Assembly (NCBI GenBank): GCA_043228905.1
Contig: JBHGNT010000014.1
Location: forward strand, 14,012,001-14,076,000
Direction: 5' to 3'
Source: Azolla caroliniana
Lineage: Eukaryota > Plantae > Polypodiophyta
DNA: 64,000 bases
Positions 1 to 11,022 of this stretch are shown here, piece by piece. The stretch's first letter is position 1. The number at the start of each line of letters is the position of its first letter. The notes below the pieces were generated by a model. The model made no database searches. It was not told where the DNA came from and saw only the letters and a program-made list of their open reading frames with translations. The position numbers and the translations under genes are program-made.

Positions 1-3000
1 CTAGTGCTGACATTGATTGAATCCGTTCTTCTTCTAATACTAATAAAGCCTCTTTGCGTATCTGCTCCGATTCTATTTCATTTAACTTATTCGTTGCTTG
101 GATACGAAGTGTCGGAATTTGAAATTCGATCGGCATAACGGCTTCGAGTCCGAATGCCATTCGGAAAGGTGTTGATTTAATGGATGTTTTGTACGAAGTA
201 CGATATGCCCATAATGCACTATTTAACTTTTGATCCCAATCAGTACGATTTTCATTCACTATCTTCTTTAAAATTGTTTGAATTGTTTTATTTGTCGATT
301 CTGCCAATCCATTAGCTTGGGGATAGTAAGGCGTACTTTTCTTATGAAGTACGGCATAGTAATTGGTTAATTCGTTAATTAACTTGTTAATAAAATGAGT
401 GCCTTGATCGCTTACCAATTCTATTGGGCAACTGAATCGACACCATATATTCTCATACAGGAATTTTGCTGTGGATGTTGCTGTATTGTCCCTGAGAGCT
501 TTTGCTTCAACCCATTTTGTGCAATAGTCAGTCGCAATTATGATATATCGATTACCGGTTCTTGCAGCTGCTGGTTTGAATGGGCCAACAAAATCTAAGC
601 CCCATTTCTGAAATGGCTCAAGAGGTAAAACCGGTTGAAAAGGCATTCGATCCTTTTCGGTTGGTTGCCCCATTCTTTGACACAAATCGCATTTCTTACA
701 GTATTTGTTAGCATCTTTCATCACCGTTGGCCACCATAACCCGCTATTCCATATTTTTCTGGCTGTTGCTTCTCCTGCGTAATGACCGCCAGCAATTCCA
801 CAATGTGACTCTGTTAATATGGCTGATTTTTCAAATTTTCGTACTGCCCTTCGCCATATTCCATCCGCTCCTTTATGATACAACATGTCATTAAATAAAC
901 AAAAATTCCGACTTCGTACTGCAATTCTTTTTCTTTCATCTGTCGACATGTGTTCGGCCGGAATTCTTGTTGATAGAAATATCGTCATTTCGGAAATCCA
1001 TTCATCCTCTTTTTCCTCATTCACTTCATGTGCTTTTACTGCCACAACCCGAAATAATTGAGTATCTGGAAAATCATCTTTAACCCCAACCGCTTCTTCT
1101 CCAGACTCAAGCCGACTGAGATAGTCAGCAATCGCGTGTTGTGCTCCTGGTCGATGTATAATGTCGAATTCAAACTCTTGAAGCAATAACGTCCATCGGG
1201 CTAACTTGCCTGTCAATTCTTGTTTGGAAACTAGATACAGTAAAGCCGAATGATCCACATGAAATGTAAATTTCTTACCCAAAAGGTAATGTCGAAATTT
1301 GTTCACACTATATATCATTCCCAAAGCTTCTCTTTCGGTTGTTGAATAGTTTCTTTCGGCCGATGAAAGTTTCCTACTGGCATAGTATACCGGCCTATAC
1401 CAGTTTGGTTCGGATAATTGCATTAAAGCACTGCCTATGGCAATGTCCGACGCATCGACGAAAACATGAAATGGTTTGTTCCAGTCCGGTGGTTGAACTA
1501 CCGGAACCTTCGTCAGCATCTTCTTGAGACATTCGTATGCATCTTGTTCTATACTTGTCCATATAAAAGGAACTTTGTGTACTGCTGTGTGTAACGGAAT
1601 AGCAATGTCTGCTAGATATCTCATCATTCTACTGTGCCACCGAATTTGACCCAAAAATCTACTTAGAGCTTTAGCATTTGTTGGTGGTGTTGCCTCAATA
1701 ATTGCTTTAACTTTGTCTGGGTTCACTGCAATCCCTTCTTGACTGACAATATGCCCAAGTAATGTACCACTCATTACTCCGAATGCGCATTTGGCTGGAT
1801 TTAAACGAAGACGCCCTTTTCGACATTTTTCTAAACATAGCCGTAAATGCTCAAAATGATCAGCTTTCCGACTATATACTGCAAAATCATCTAAAAACAC
1901 CTGCATGAAAGCTGGAATATATTCCCCGAATATTTCCTGTATTACCCGCTGAAATGTAGCTGGAGCTGTTTTTAAACCGAACATCATGACTACTGCCACA
2001 AAGACACCCCATTCTGTGACGAAAGCTGTCTTTTCCTGATCTTCCGGATTCATCCGTACTTGGTTGTACCCACTGAACCCATCCAAGAAACTATAAATTT
2101 CATGTCCCGCTACTGCATCTAATATCCCATCTGTGAATGGCAACGGAAACGCATCCGTAATTGTCGCTGCATTCAATTTTCTGTAATCCACACATACGCG
2201 AATTTTCCCATTCTTTTTCGGGACTATTACTATCGGACTCAGCCATGTTGATTTTTTGACGGGTCGAATAAATCCTACTTTTAAGAGTTTATCGATTTCT
2301 TCTTTTACTTTGATAGCATAATTCGGATTCAACCTGTACCTGCGTTGTTGTACTGGGTTTGCATCTTTATGCAAATTGATTTGATGTTGACAAAAAGCGG
2401 GATCCAGACCTTTCATATCGTCAAACGACCATGCAAAAACATCTTTATATTGTAATAGTAATGTTGTTAATGTCCGTTTGTCATTTACCGTCAAATCTCT
2501 AGCAATCAAGACTGTTTTTCTTTCAGCATCCTCTACTCCTGCCAAATCGATCTCCTCCAATGCTGAGGCTTGCACTCTCTGAGATACCTTCATTTCCTTA
2601 TCTGTAGCTTCTTGTTGCATTCGTATTTCTTTCATTGTTTGCTCATCGATTGGCGCTTCTTCGTGTGAGTCTACATAGGGTGTTAATGCTTGCAAAATAT
2701 CTACCTCAAATAGAGGGATGATTTTTTGATTATCATCAAAATACTGACTTTCTTCTTCCTCGTCCAATCCTTCCATCATATTAACTGCTTCTGCATGTAC
2801 AGGTAAACTCTGTTTGCTTGTTGTCACTTTGTTGTGCGTCGGAATCCTGACCTTATTTTTTCCTTTCCTAAATGTTAGCACATTTTGTTTCCAATTTTGT
2901 TTAATATTAGCTGTCTTTAACCATGGTCTCCCCAATAACAAGGGGTATGCTCCCTGTGTTTCTAACTGCAAAATTGCTGCCGAAATCTGAAAACTGTGTC

Positions 3001-5203
3001 CCCCGATTATTACATCCAGTTGTCGAAGCAAACCAATCGGTCGTACCGTACTTGTATCTGCCATTCGTAACCAAAACGGACATGCTTCCCATTCCGTGAT
3101 TCCCAGTTTTTCACATGTAGTTTTGTTAATCACATTAACACCCGAGCCTCCATCTATAATCACATTTCCGATTTCTTGCCCGTAAAGTATTACCTTAATC
3201 GACGGATTCTGTTCATCCATGATCGAAGGGTTATTACTTGGCTGATTGTAGTGTACTGCTATTTGTTCGGAACCTTTATATGCAATTAATGCTGCCACTT
3301 TTTCTGTAAACCTTGGTACTAACTTAAGTAAGCCCGTAAGTGGCAATGACACTTGGCAATCAGCCAACAATTTCCAAGTTTCTTCCTGTTCCTTATTCCC
3401 CAATGACTGTTGTACAGCGATGTCCTGGTCAATGTTATTGTCTTGTAACATTCGATTCACATTACTTTGATTTGCTTCATCCACCCATTCTTTTGCCGCC
3501 TTCCGAACTTCTTCCTGAATTTCCCACTCTGATTGTTTGCTTTTGCTGCGTGTCGTTACTTGCTGAACTTCCGGTATTACCATATTAACTGCTGGACCCT
3601 TTCCTTTAACCGGACATTGATTAGCATAATGGCCTAGTTGTCGACAAATGTAACAAGTGGGCACAAATATTGCACTGGACTCTCCATGTGCAAATTGCCC
3701 GTTATTAAATTGCTGCTCTTCATTACCATTCGGGTTTTGTTGGTATTGACGTGTAGCTTTTGGTTTGTAAAATCTCTTGTTTTTATACCGATTCTGCCTA
3801 AATTGTTCAGTATTATCATTTGGTTGTGCTATATTGTGTGGTATCCCGAACTCCTGATTTGGCGGAAAATTACTCTGTTGAAACATTTGATTATTTTGTG
3901 GAACGGTTTGAGTATTATGTTGAAAAGTCATATTACCCGGTTGAAATGCCGGATTTGGTTGAAATGTAGAATTCGGTTGCACATTCGGACAGTTTTGTTG
4001 AAACCCTTGAAATGGTGGGTTACCTTGTTGGAAACTTTGATTATTTTGTTGAAAATATTGATTCGGATTCTGTACGAATGGTGGGTTGGATTGAGCAAAA
4101 CCTGGTTGAAATGCTTGAGTCACTTGAGTGGGTTGCATATTTTGTTGTGAAAAGATCTGATTTGGCTGTAGAACCGGATTCTGTTGTACATTTTGCTGAT
4201 TTTGTGAAAAATTATTATTTTGATAACCATTGAACAGATTAGTGTTATTTTGGTAACCATTGTCAGCAAAAATTTGTCGTATTGACGCCGTAGTCTTATT
4301 AAGCAGATTATATTCACATTGTTCTACGGAATGTAATTTTGAATGACATATTGTACAATGTGTTCTTAACGTACAGTCAATTGCCGAATGCCCCGTATTT
4401 AAACAAGTGGTGCATTGAACTGCTTGTCGAAATTGTAACTCCTCCATTGTTGGTAATGTACGGTGTAATGCCGACATGTCCATACTCTGAACATTGACCG
4501 GTGGTCGACCCATTTCTATTGCTTTATCAATGACTTGTTCGATAGTCTGATTTCGAAAATCGAACACTTTCAATGTCGTCCTTAATGGTTCTTTTACAGC
4601 TTCTAGAAAGACTTCTTTTAATTCCTTATCCGGAATCGGCCTTGAAATCTGAAGCTGTAAGTTTTGAAATCGTATCACGAACTGAGATACTGTTTCATTT
4701 TTTTCTTGATATAACGCATAAAATTGCGCAATCAAATCCTTCTACGGAATTTGTTGATGAAATAATTGTAAAAATTTACTAGTTAACACTTCAAAGGATG
4801 GAAATCCTTGAAGACCGTTCTGCGCAAACCAATTAGCGGAATATCCGTCTAATCATAAAACGAACTCAGCGATTTTTGACTTATCTTCGGCATCTGCCGA
4901 CAATCGCTGAGCTCCATGGTTAATCTCCCATGTCGTTAAGAAATCCCTAACATGTGCTTCCGCATCTGTTCCTTCCCGGAACTTAGAATAAGTATAAGGC
5001 ATATCGTCCCAAATGTCGTAAAACGATACCTCTTCCGTCTGTTTTTCGTCTGAAGGTAATTGATCAGATAAGTCAGGAAGTTTCGACCACTTTGTGCTTG
5101 ATTCCGGCTGTTCTTGCGCAATGAACGCTTGTTGCACTACCTTCGTAACTGACCTTGTATGAGGGCGCTTACAACTGACCGGTGCCTCCTCTTCATACGA
5201 CAT
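1..5203 (-). pseudogene. gag-pol polyprotein of A; at least one in-frame stop (~4853); runs off the window
   Basis: ORF 4853..5203 (DAEAHVRDFLTTWE..SKIAEF) matches E gag. Downstream domains were read by eye and match E pol. Confidence 0.85.
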
Positions 5204-5238
5204 CCATTCGAATTGTTCTCTGCTTAATTGCAGATGTA

Positions 5239-5251
5239 ACCGGGCGTGCCA
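5239..5251 (-). promoter_or_regulatory. PBS of A, tRNA-Arg(TCT)-type
   Basis: TGGCACGCCCGGT lies 11 nt inside the LTR and matches the recalled plant tRNA-Arg(TCT) 3' end. Confidence 0.75.
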
Positions 5252-5262
5252 AAATTCTTCTG

Positions 5263-5720
5263 TGTTAATCGGCTAATTACTAACTACTACCGATACAGAA
5301 GAGTGAACGTCGCTACTCAACGTTCTAACAAGGAATTGTGTTTTACGAAACGGAATTATGCTATATTAATCGGTAATTACCGTGATCGTTACTTAGTTAT
5401 AATTTAGGAAGCTTGCACTTAAGATCATAGACAATAGAAGAAACACAGAATCCGTACAAGATATTCCTAACTTAAACTTATATTACTAAATAAAACGACC
5501 TTTCTTACAATGCCTTCGGTTCCCTTTTATAGGTATACCGAAGGTCTTTTCTCATCAAGAACTATTCCTACTTACTATCAAGATTTACAAAATTATCTAA
5601 CTAACTTAGTTCTCTTCGTTTACTGCTGAGTCATTGATCCGAACAGTCGATCCGAACCGACTCTGTTTTTGACGCTTTCCCACTTGTTCGGTAAAACTGA
5701 CTGTCCGGGTCCGGGTAACA
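5263..5720 (-). repeat. 5' LTR of A (458 bp)
   Basis: TGTTA..TAACA termini, adjacent PBS, TATAAAA on minus strand near 5525-5531. The partner LTR is outside the window. Confidence 0.8.
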
Positions 5721-6851
5721 GTGTTATCGCTTCCGTAGGGAATTTTGGAATTATGAGAGTTATGGCTTCCCTAAGATAAGGGAGTTGAGAAGAACAAGAA
5801 AAATTAAGATAATATGGAGAGTCTCCTAGTGTAGGAAAAAAAATGGAATAAAAATGGAGTTCTCCCTTGATCATAACTTTTTCACTTTTTGTTGCATGGC
5901 CTCTACTTTTAGTTGCCTAGCTTTTTCTTTTGGTTGCATGTGACTGTCCACATGACCTTTACTTTTTCCATGCACTCCCTTCTTTAGTTGCTTGCGTCCA
6001 CATGGCCTTTACTTTAGTTCTCTTCACTTTACTTTAGTTTGCTGCATGATCCAATCTTTCATCCGTCCGCGTCCAACATCGTCCGGTAGCCGGTTCCATT
6101 TTGCTTGCCGGTCGGTTCGGGTTCCGATTTTGCTTGCCGACCGGTTCCAGTTTGCTTGCCGGTTTCGGTTTCGGTTTTGCTTGCCGGCCGGTTTCCGGCT
6201 TTGCTTGCTGGCCGGTTCCGATTTGCTTGCCGGTTCCGGTTTGCTTGCCGGTTCCGGTTTGCTTGCCGGTTCCAGTTCCGGTTTTGCTTGCCGGCCGGTT
6301 CCGGTTCCAGTTTTGCTTGCCGGCCGGTTCCGGTTCCGGTTTGCTTGCCGATTTAGGTTCCAGGTTTGGTTACCGGCCGGTTTCCGGTTTTGCTTGCCGA
6401 CCGGTTTCCGGTTTGCATACCCGTTCCGGTTCCGGTTTTGCTTACCGGCCCGTTTCCGGATTTGCTTACCGGACCCGTTCTCCGGATTTGCTTACCGGAC
6501 CCATTTTCCGGATTTGCTTACTAGCCGATTTCCGGTTTTAAGGAATTTGGCCACCATTATCCATCAAGACAAAGTGGCCAAAGTGCTCTTAGCACAAATG
6601 AAAAATGAGGGAGCTCAAGGTGCTTATATAGCCAGGGCCTTAAGTTTCCTATCTATGTGGGATAGTTCTAATTTTCCTATATTCTCAAACTTTATTTTCA
6701 CATAACTTGATATGTATTTCTCCATTTTGTATATAGTAAAATACGTTTTGAAGCTCTTGAGTATATCCATCTTTATATAGTAAGATACTAATCTAATCTA
6801 TAATAATTATTTCATTATTTTTTTACATAGTGTGTGAAGATTCACACAACA
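5721..6851 (-). mobile_element. Element B: partial LTR, interrupted by A and inserted into C gag
   Basis: Ends ..TTCACACAACA exactly where C coding sequence resumes. CTATATAA on minus strand near 6623-6630. The other end is not in the window, so orientation is tentative. Confidence 0.55.
6085..6540. repeat. CCGG-rich degenerate minisatellite (~18-bp unit TTGCTTGCCGGTTCCGGT) inside LTR B
   Basis: Directly visible; roughly 20 variable units. Confidence 0.9.
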
Positions 6852-7503
6852 ACGGGTCCGGGAAATAACCGGGTGGAGCGATCCGGTCGAGGAGAAGACG
6901 GGCTTCGTAGAAGCCGCCTGCCAGAACTACGAGGCTCTGGTAGAAGACAAACGAGTGGGGAAAGCCGGAGCAGCCGGGCCTTCACAACGATACGAGACCC
7001 GATTCGGGCAACAACGGAATGATGCCGGCGGGTCCAGCTCGCAAGATAACCCCAGGAAGGGTGGATACCGACTGGGGACAGAGATAGAAAGGACTACGAA
7101 CCTACGGAAGGTTCTAGAGGAACGGATCCTCGACAGCAAGGTGGAGATGTCATTGCGGGAGGTGCTAGGGATCGCCAAGAAGGAGTTCCACGACTCCATT
7201 GTAGACTTGGTGAAACGGAAGAGGCTGTCGACGGAGACGGATCCGGAAAGACCGGTAGAGGTGCGGACGACGCACATTGACGACTCGGCGCTGGCAGATG
7301 AGTGGGCGGAGAGCCACTATTCGACGCCACACTGGGCCCGAGCGACCACGGAGACCCCGGTAAAGATCGGAGATGTTCGGGAACCGGTGGTGGCGTTGGT
7401 GGACCATGGTTCGGAAATAAACCTAATGTCCATGGACTTCTATAAGAAGGGGAAGTGGCCGATCAACACCAAGCACGGGTGGAAGATACGGGCGGCGACG
7501 CGT
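6852..7503 (+). pseudogene. C gag C-terminus and aspartic protease, 5' part
   Basis: VVALVDHGSEINLMS motif; homologous to H ORF 51686..52603. Confidence 0.9.
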
Positions 7504-8147
7504 TGTCGCGAAGATTCGCGCGTGCGTGTGCTACTCGAGCGACCACCGGGGTCTTGGACTGGGGAGGACGTTCGCGGAATTATCGATGCTAGATGACGAT
7601 CAATGTAAGATTAGATGAAATTGGTTTACTTGAGAAGGAGAAAAATTGTACACTTGAGAAGTAGAAAATAATGAAGAAGATAAAGACAAATATAATTATA
7701 TTGATGATAATGGTGTTGGTGATATCACATATTGAGCCCCCCTTACACAAGCCCAACTAGAGGCTTTTATAGGTCTTTCCATGCTCGTGACATGCACAAA
7801 ACCATGGGCTAAAACCATGGTTTTGTGCACACGGTTTTGCTTATGTCATGCACAAACCATGGGTTTAAAACCATGGTTTTGTGCACATGGTTTTCTATGG
7901 TTGTTTCGTCTATAATTTGTATATGAAAAGGAAATACATATAATCTACACTATATGATAGTTGTCCTAGTGGTAAGGCAATTATCTTGTATGTTAGAGGT
8001 GCAAGGTTCAATCCTTGCTTGCACCCCTCTGTATGAACTCAAGTGCCACTAGGCTAGGTTTATTTGCTAAGTGCATGTGCAATGTTGCACATCCTTGGTT
8101 TATTCGTCTCACTCGGTTTCACACCGTAGCCGAAAATCGTCACGACA
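7504..8147 (-). repeat. D1 3' LTR
   Basis: TGTCG..CGACA; appears identical to 10379-11022 and 13254-13897. Confidence 0.95.
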
Positions 8148-10334
8148 TCCACCCCCACCAAACCCGCACATCCTCCGGTATGTGCCGAGAAAGGTGAAGA
8201 GGTGAGATCTTTGGCAACGGTGATCAACCGAGTTCCTCTGCACGCTCGTCGACTTCATCTTCCACTTCGAGTATGCGCAATCTTTCCAACCGAACCACCG
8301 TAGCCACCTGATCCACCATATCCGGCGCTCACACCTTCTTCCCCGATCGGTTGTAGTAGATCTACCGAACGATGTCGTCGATACGACCGCTCTTCCTTCG
8401 TCCACCGCGCGTGTCCTTCGATTGGAATCCTGGCCACTCCTCACGCTCACCGTCTTCAACTGGGTATTGTAGATCGTTCGTGTCGATCTCCGATTAGGCC
8501 GGGTTTGCCCTTGTCCGGATCGGTCTCCACCGATCGCTTCTTGGCTTGGTTGGCCTTCGTCTGCATTCACATTTCCCCGGGTCGGGCTCGACCGATTGAT
8601 TCTGGCTGGGTCGGCCCCCTTTTGGATCGGAATCGTCCGATCGATTTTCGCCGAATCAGGTTTCGGCCGGGTCGGCCCCGGTCGATCGGCTCCCATGTGG
8701 ATCTTCCTTCGTTCGGGTCGGAATCCCGGCCGGATCGTCTTCCGGTTCAACCGGTTCTCGACTCTTCCTTCCTTCCCGCATGCAACCTCTCCATCGAACT
8801 CAACCGCAGCTTCATCCTTGGCCTCCACGTCGGCCATATCCTTCCCTCTGTGTATGCTCGCCTCGAGCCATATTGTCTCCTCTTCGCCACCTCCTTTATC
8901 TTCGGTCTTATGTCGACACACGGTCTCGACTGCCGAAGTCTCCGGAACCAGTGTGAAGGAATCCCTTCGTTCATTTACATTTACCTTGTCTTCTTCATCG
9001 CCCTTCCGGTCGTCCTCTTTTTTGTCCACACATTCTGTCTCTCCGGTCTCACGTTGGCGCACGTGCACAACTGCCGAAGTCTCTAGAATAGGTGTGGGGA
9101 TATCCTTTCTTCCTCGATCTTCTTCCTCTTTGTGTTGGGCCTTTGTCTTCCCGTCACCACCTTCCGTCTCTCCGGTCTCACGTTGGCACATGGGCGCAAC
9201 CGCCGAAGTCTCTGGAACAAGCGTGAAGAAAGTGTCGACATGGCTATCCGTCGTCGTCTCATCCATAGCCACCTCCGACTCGATGTTGTTTGTCATGGCT
9301 ACCTCCTCAATCTCTTCAGACTCAAACAGTTTTTCTCCCTCGATCATGCAAGCTTTTCTCATGCTTGCGCCGTCATCACCCGATGTTTCGTACACAATGC
9401 GTGTTCCGAAACATTTATCCTCCCTCGAAGTGGCGTTTGCCGTCCTCGAGTCATCGGCCTCCTCCTTCGCCGTCGTTTCTTTGTAAGACAAGAAGGTGAC
9501 TTGTTTCACACCTTCTCTCTCGGTACCGTCATACCGAACCTTAGCCTTTGTATCGGCCACTTCATTAACCCGCATTTGTTGGGAGGTCTCTTCTTCCTCG
9601 ATCACCATTTGCCTCGGTTTTGTCTCCCTTTTAAGCTTCATTTCTTTTGTTGGTGGCGCGTTGTTGCATCTTGTCCCTCTTCGATCGTCCCTCATGAGCC
9701 GTCTTGTTGTCGTCGATATTCTCGCTTGCCCCTTATCGTGTAGTCGGCATACACTTTCCACTTTGCTCCAATCCTCGATGAGGCCATTTGCACCATCATC
9801 TTCTTCGAGTTTGAGACCGATCGCCATCCTTTGCATTCGATCGATTGACTTCACGAACATAAGGACCTTATCAACCCCCACCAATCTTTGTTCCCGCTCC
9901 GACAATTGAGAAAATTGATGCTCGAAGTCTACGAATGCTTGTGTCGCGCCTTGGTGGGTCTTCGCTGATGTCACCCATTGGTCGAAGTTGCGTCGATCTT
10001 GTCCCTTCTGCCTCTCATAGCCATATTCCTCCAATAGAGCCTTCTTGAAAGTCGCCCACGAATCATGAGCTTCTAGAAGCTCTGTTACATCTTTGAAGAT
10101 CGGTTGAGACACCACCCGACAAAAGTACTCTAGCCTCATAGCTTTGTCCACACCTCTTGAATCCATCTCCGCATTGTAGACTTTTAGGAAACTTTGGACT
10201 TCGGCACCGTTGAAATAGCTCATTCGTTCGACTACTTTGTCGACGGCTTGTTGGGCTTCATTTCTTCTTTTCTCTTCTCTCAGAAACTCCATCATCCTTC
10301 TTGACATTGCCTCCATGAGATATTCGCCATCCAT
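8109..10334 (-). CDS. Gag-like protein with long acidic tail (741 aa), D1 unit 2
   Basis: N-terminal ~200 aa align with H gag 53034..53696 (FNG..DKVLMFVKSID..DWSKVESVC vs FNG..SKVLLFIKTVD..DWAMVKQVC). ORF is intact. Confidence 0.85.
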   Translation of the reverse strand: MDGEYLMEAMSRRMMEFLREEKRRNEAQQAVDKVVERMSYFNGAEVQSFLKVYNAEMDSRGVDKAMRLEYFCRVVSQPIFKDVTELLEAHDSWATFKKALLEEYGYERQKGQDRRNFDQWVTSAKTHQGATQAFVDFEHQFSQLSEREQRLVGVDKVLMFVKSIDRMQRMAIGLKLEEDDGANGLIEDWSKVESVCRLHDKGQARISTTTRRLMRDDRRGTRCNNAPPTKEMKLKRETKPRQMVIEEEETSQQMRVNEVADTKAKVRYDGTEREGVKQVTFLSYKETTAKEEADDSRTANATSREDKCFGTRIVYETSGDDGASMRKACMIEGEKLFESEEIEEVAMTNNIESEVAMDETTTDSHVDTFFTLVPETSAVAPMCQRETGETEGGDGKTKAQHKEEEDRGRKDIPTPILETSAVVHVRQRETGETECVDKKEDDRKGDEEDKVNVNERRDSFTLVPETSAVETVCRHKTEDKGGGEEETIWLEASIHRGKDMADVEAKDEAAVEFDGEVACGKEGRVENRLNRKTIRPGFRPERRKIHMGADRPGPTRPKPDSAKIDRTIPIQKGADPARINRSSPTRGNVNADEGQPSQEAIGGDRSGQGQTRPNRRSTRTIYNTQLKTVSVRSGQDSNRRTRAVDEGRAVVSTTSFGRSTTTDRGRRCERRIWWIRWLRWFGWKDCAYSKWKMKSTSVQRNSVDHRCQRSHLFTFLGTYRRMCGFGGGGCRDDFRLRCETE

Positions 10335-10378
10335 CTTCGTCCTCCCCTGCTGCTCTTCACGTCGGGTTCACCAAATGA

Positions 10379-11022
10379 TGTCGCGAAGATTCGCGCGTGC
10401 GTGTGCTACTCGAGCGACCACCGGGGTCTTGGACTGGGGAGGACGTTCGCGGAATTATCGATGCTAGATGACGATCAATGTAAGATTAGATGAAATTGGT
10501 TTACTTGAGAAGGAGAAAAATTGTACACTTGAGAAGTAGAAAATAATGAAGAAGATAAAGACAAATATAATTATATTGATGATAATGGTGTTGGTGATAT
10601 CACATATTGAGCCCCCCTTACACAAGCCCAACTAGAGGCTTTTATAGGTCTTTCCATGCTCGTGACATGCACAAAACCATGGGCTAAAACCATGGTTTTG
10701 TGCACACGGTTTTGCTTATGTCATGCACAAACCATGGGTTTAAAACCATGGTTTTGTGCACATGGTTTTCTATGGTTGTTTCGTCTATAATTTGTATATG
10801 AAAAGGAAATACATATAATCTACACTATATGATAGTTGTCCTAGTGGTAAGGCAATTATCTTGTATGTTAGAGGTGCAAGGTTCAATCCTTGCTTGCACC
10901 CCTCTGTATGAACTCAAGTGCCACTAGGCTAGGTTTATTTGCTAAGTGCATGTGCAATGTTGCACATCCTTGGTTTATTCGTCTCACTCGGTTTCACACC
11001 GTAGCCGAAAATCGTCACGACA
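10379..11022 (-). repeat. D1 shared middle LTR
   Basis: PBS on one side, PPT on the other. Confidence 0.95.

Larger units (their letters stand above)
1..5720 (-). mobile_element. Element A: Ty3/gypsy LTR retrotransposon (Arg-primed, same family as E/F/G), AT-rich, 3' part beyond the window's left edge
   Basis: Minus strand shows gag, CCHC knuckles, protease (IIDGGSGVNVI, ~3130-3165), RT (QVFLDDFAVY, ~1875-1905), RNase H and integrase (YYPQANGLAES, ~300-330). It is collinear with E and has a PBS and 5' LTR. Confidence 0.93.

Noticed and set aside
3638-4150. Hydrophobic 170-aa ORF resembling a membrane protein
   Set aside because: It is the antisense of the N/Q-rich gag segment.
5992-6705. 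237-aa and overlapping ORFs
   Set aside because: They are by-products of a stop-free minisatellite.
7958-8030. Functional tRNA gene in the D or H LTR
   Set aside because: No acceptor stem or complete cloverleaf can be formed; only box-like motifs remain.
8505-9909. Ser-rich antisense ORFs in D (193, 296 and 203 aa)
   Set aside because: They are shadows of the E/D/K-rich sense ORF; identity among copies reflects their young age.
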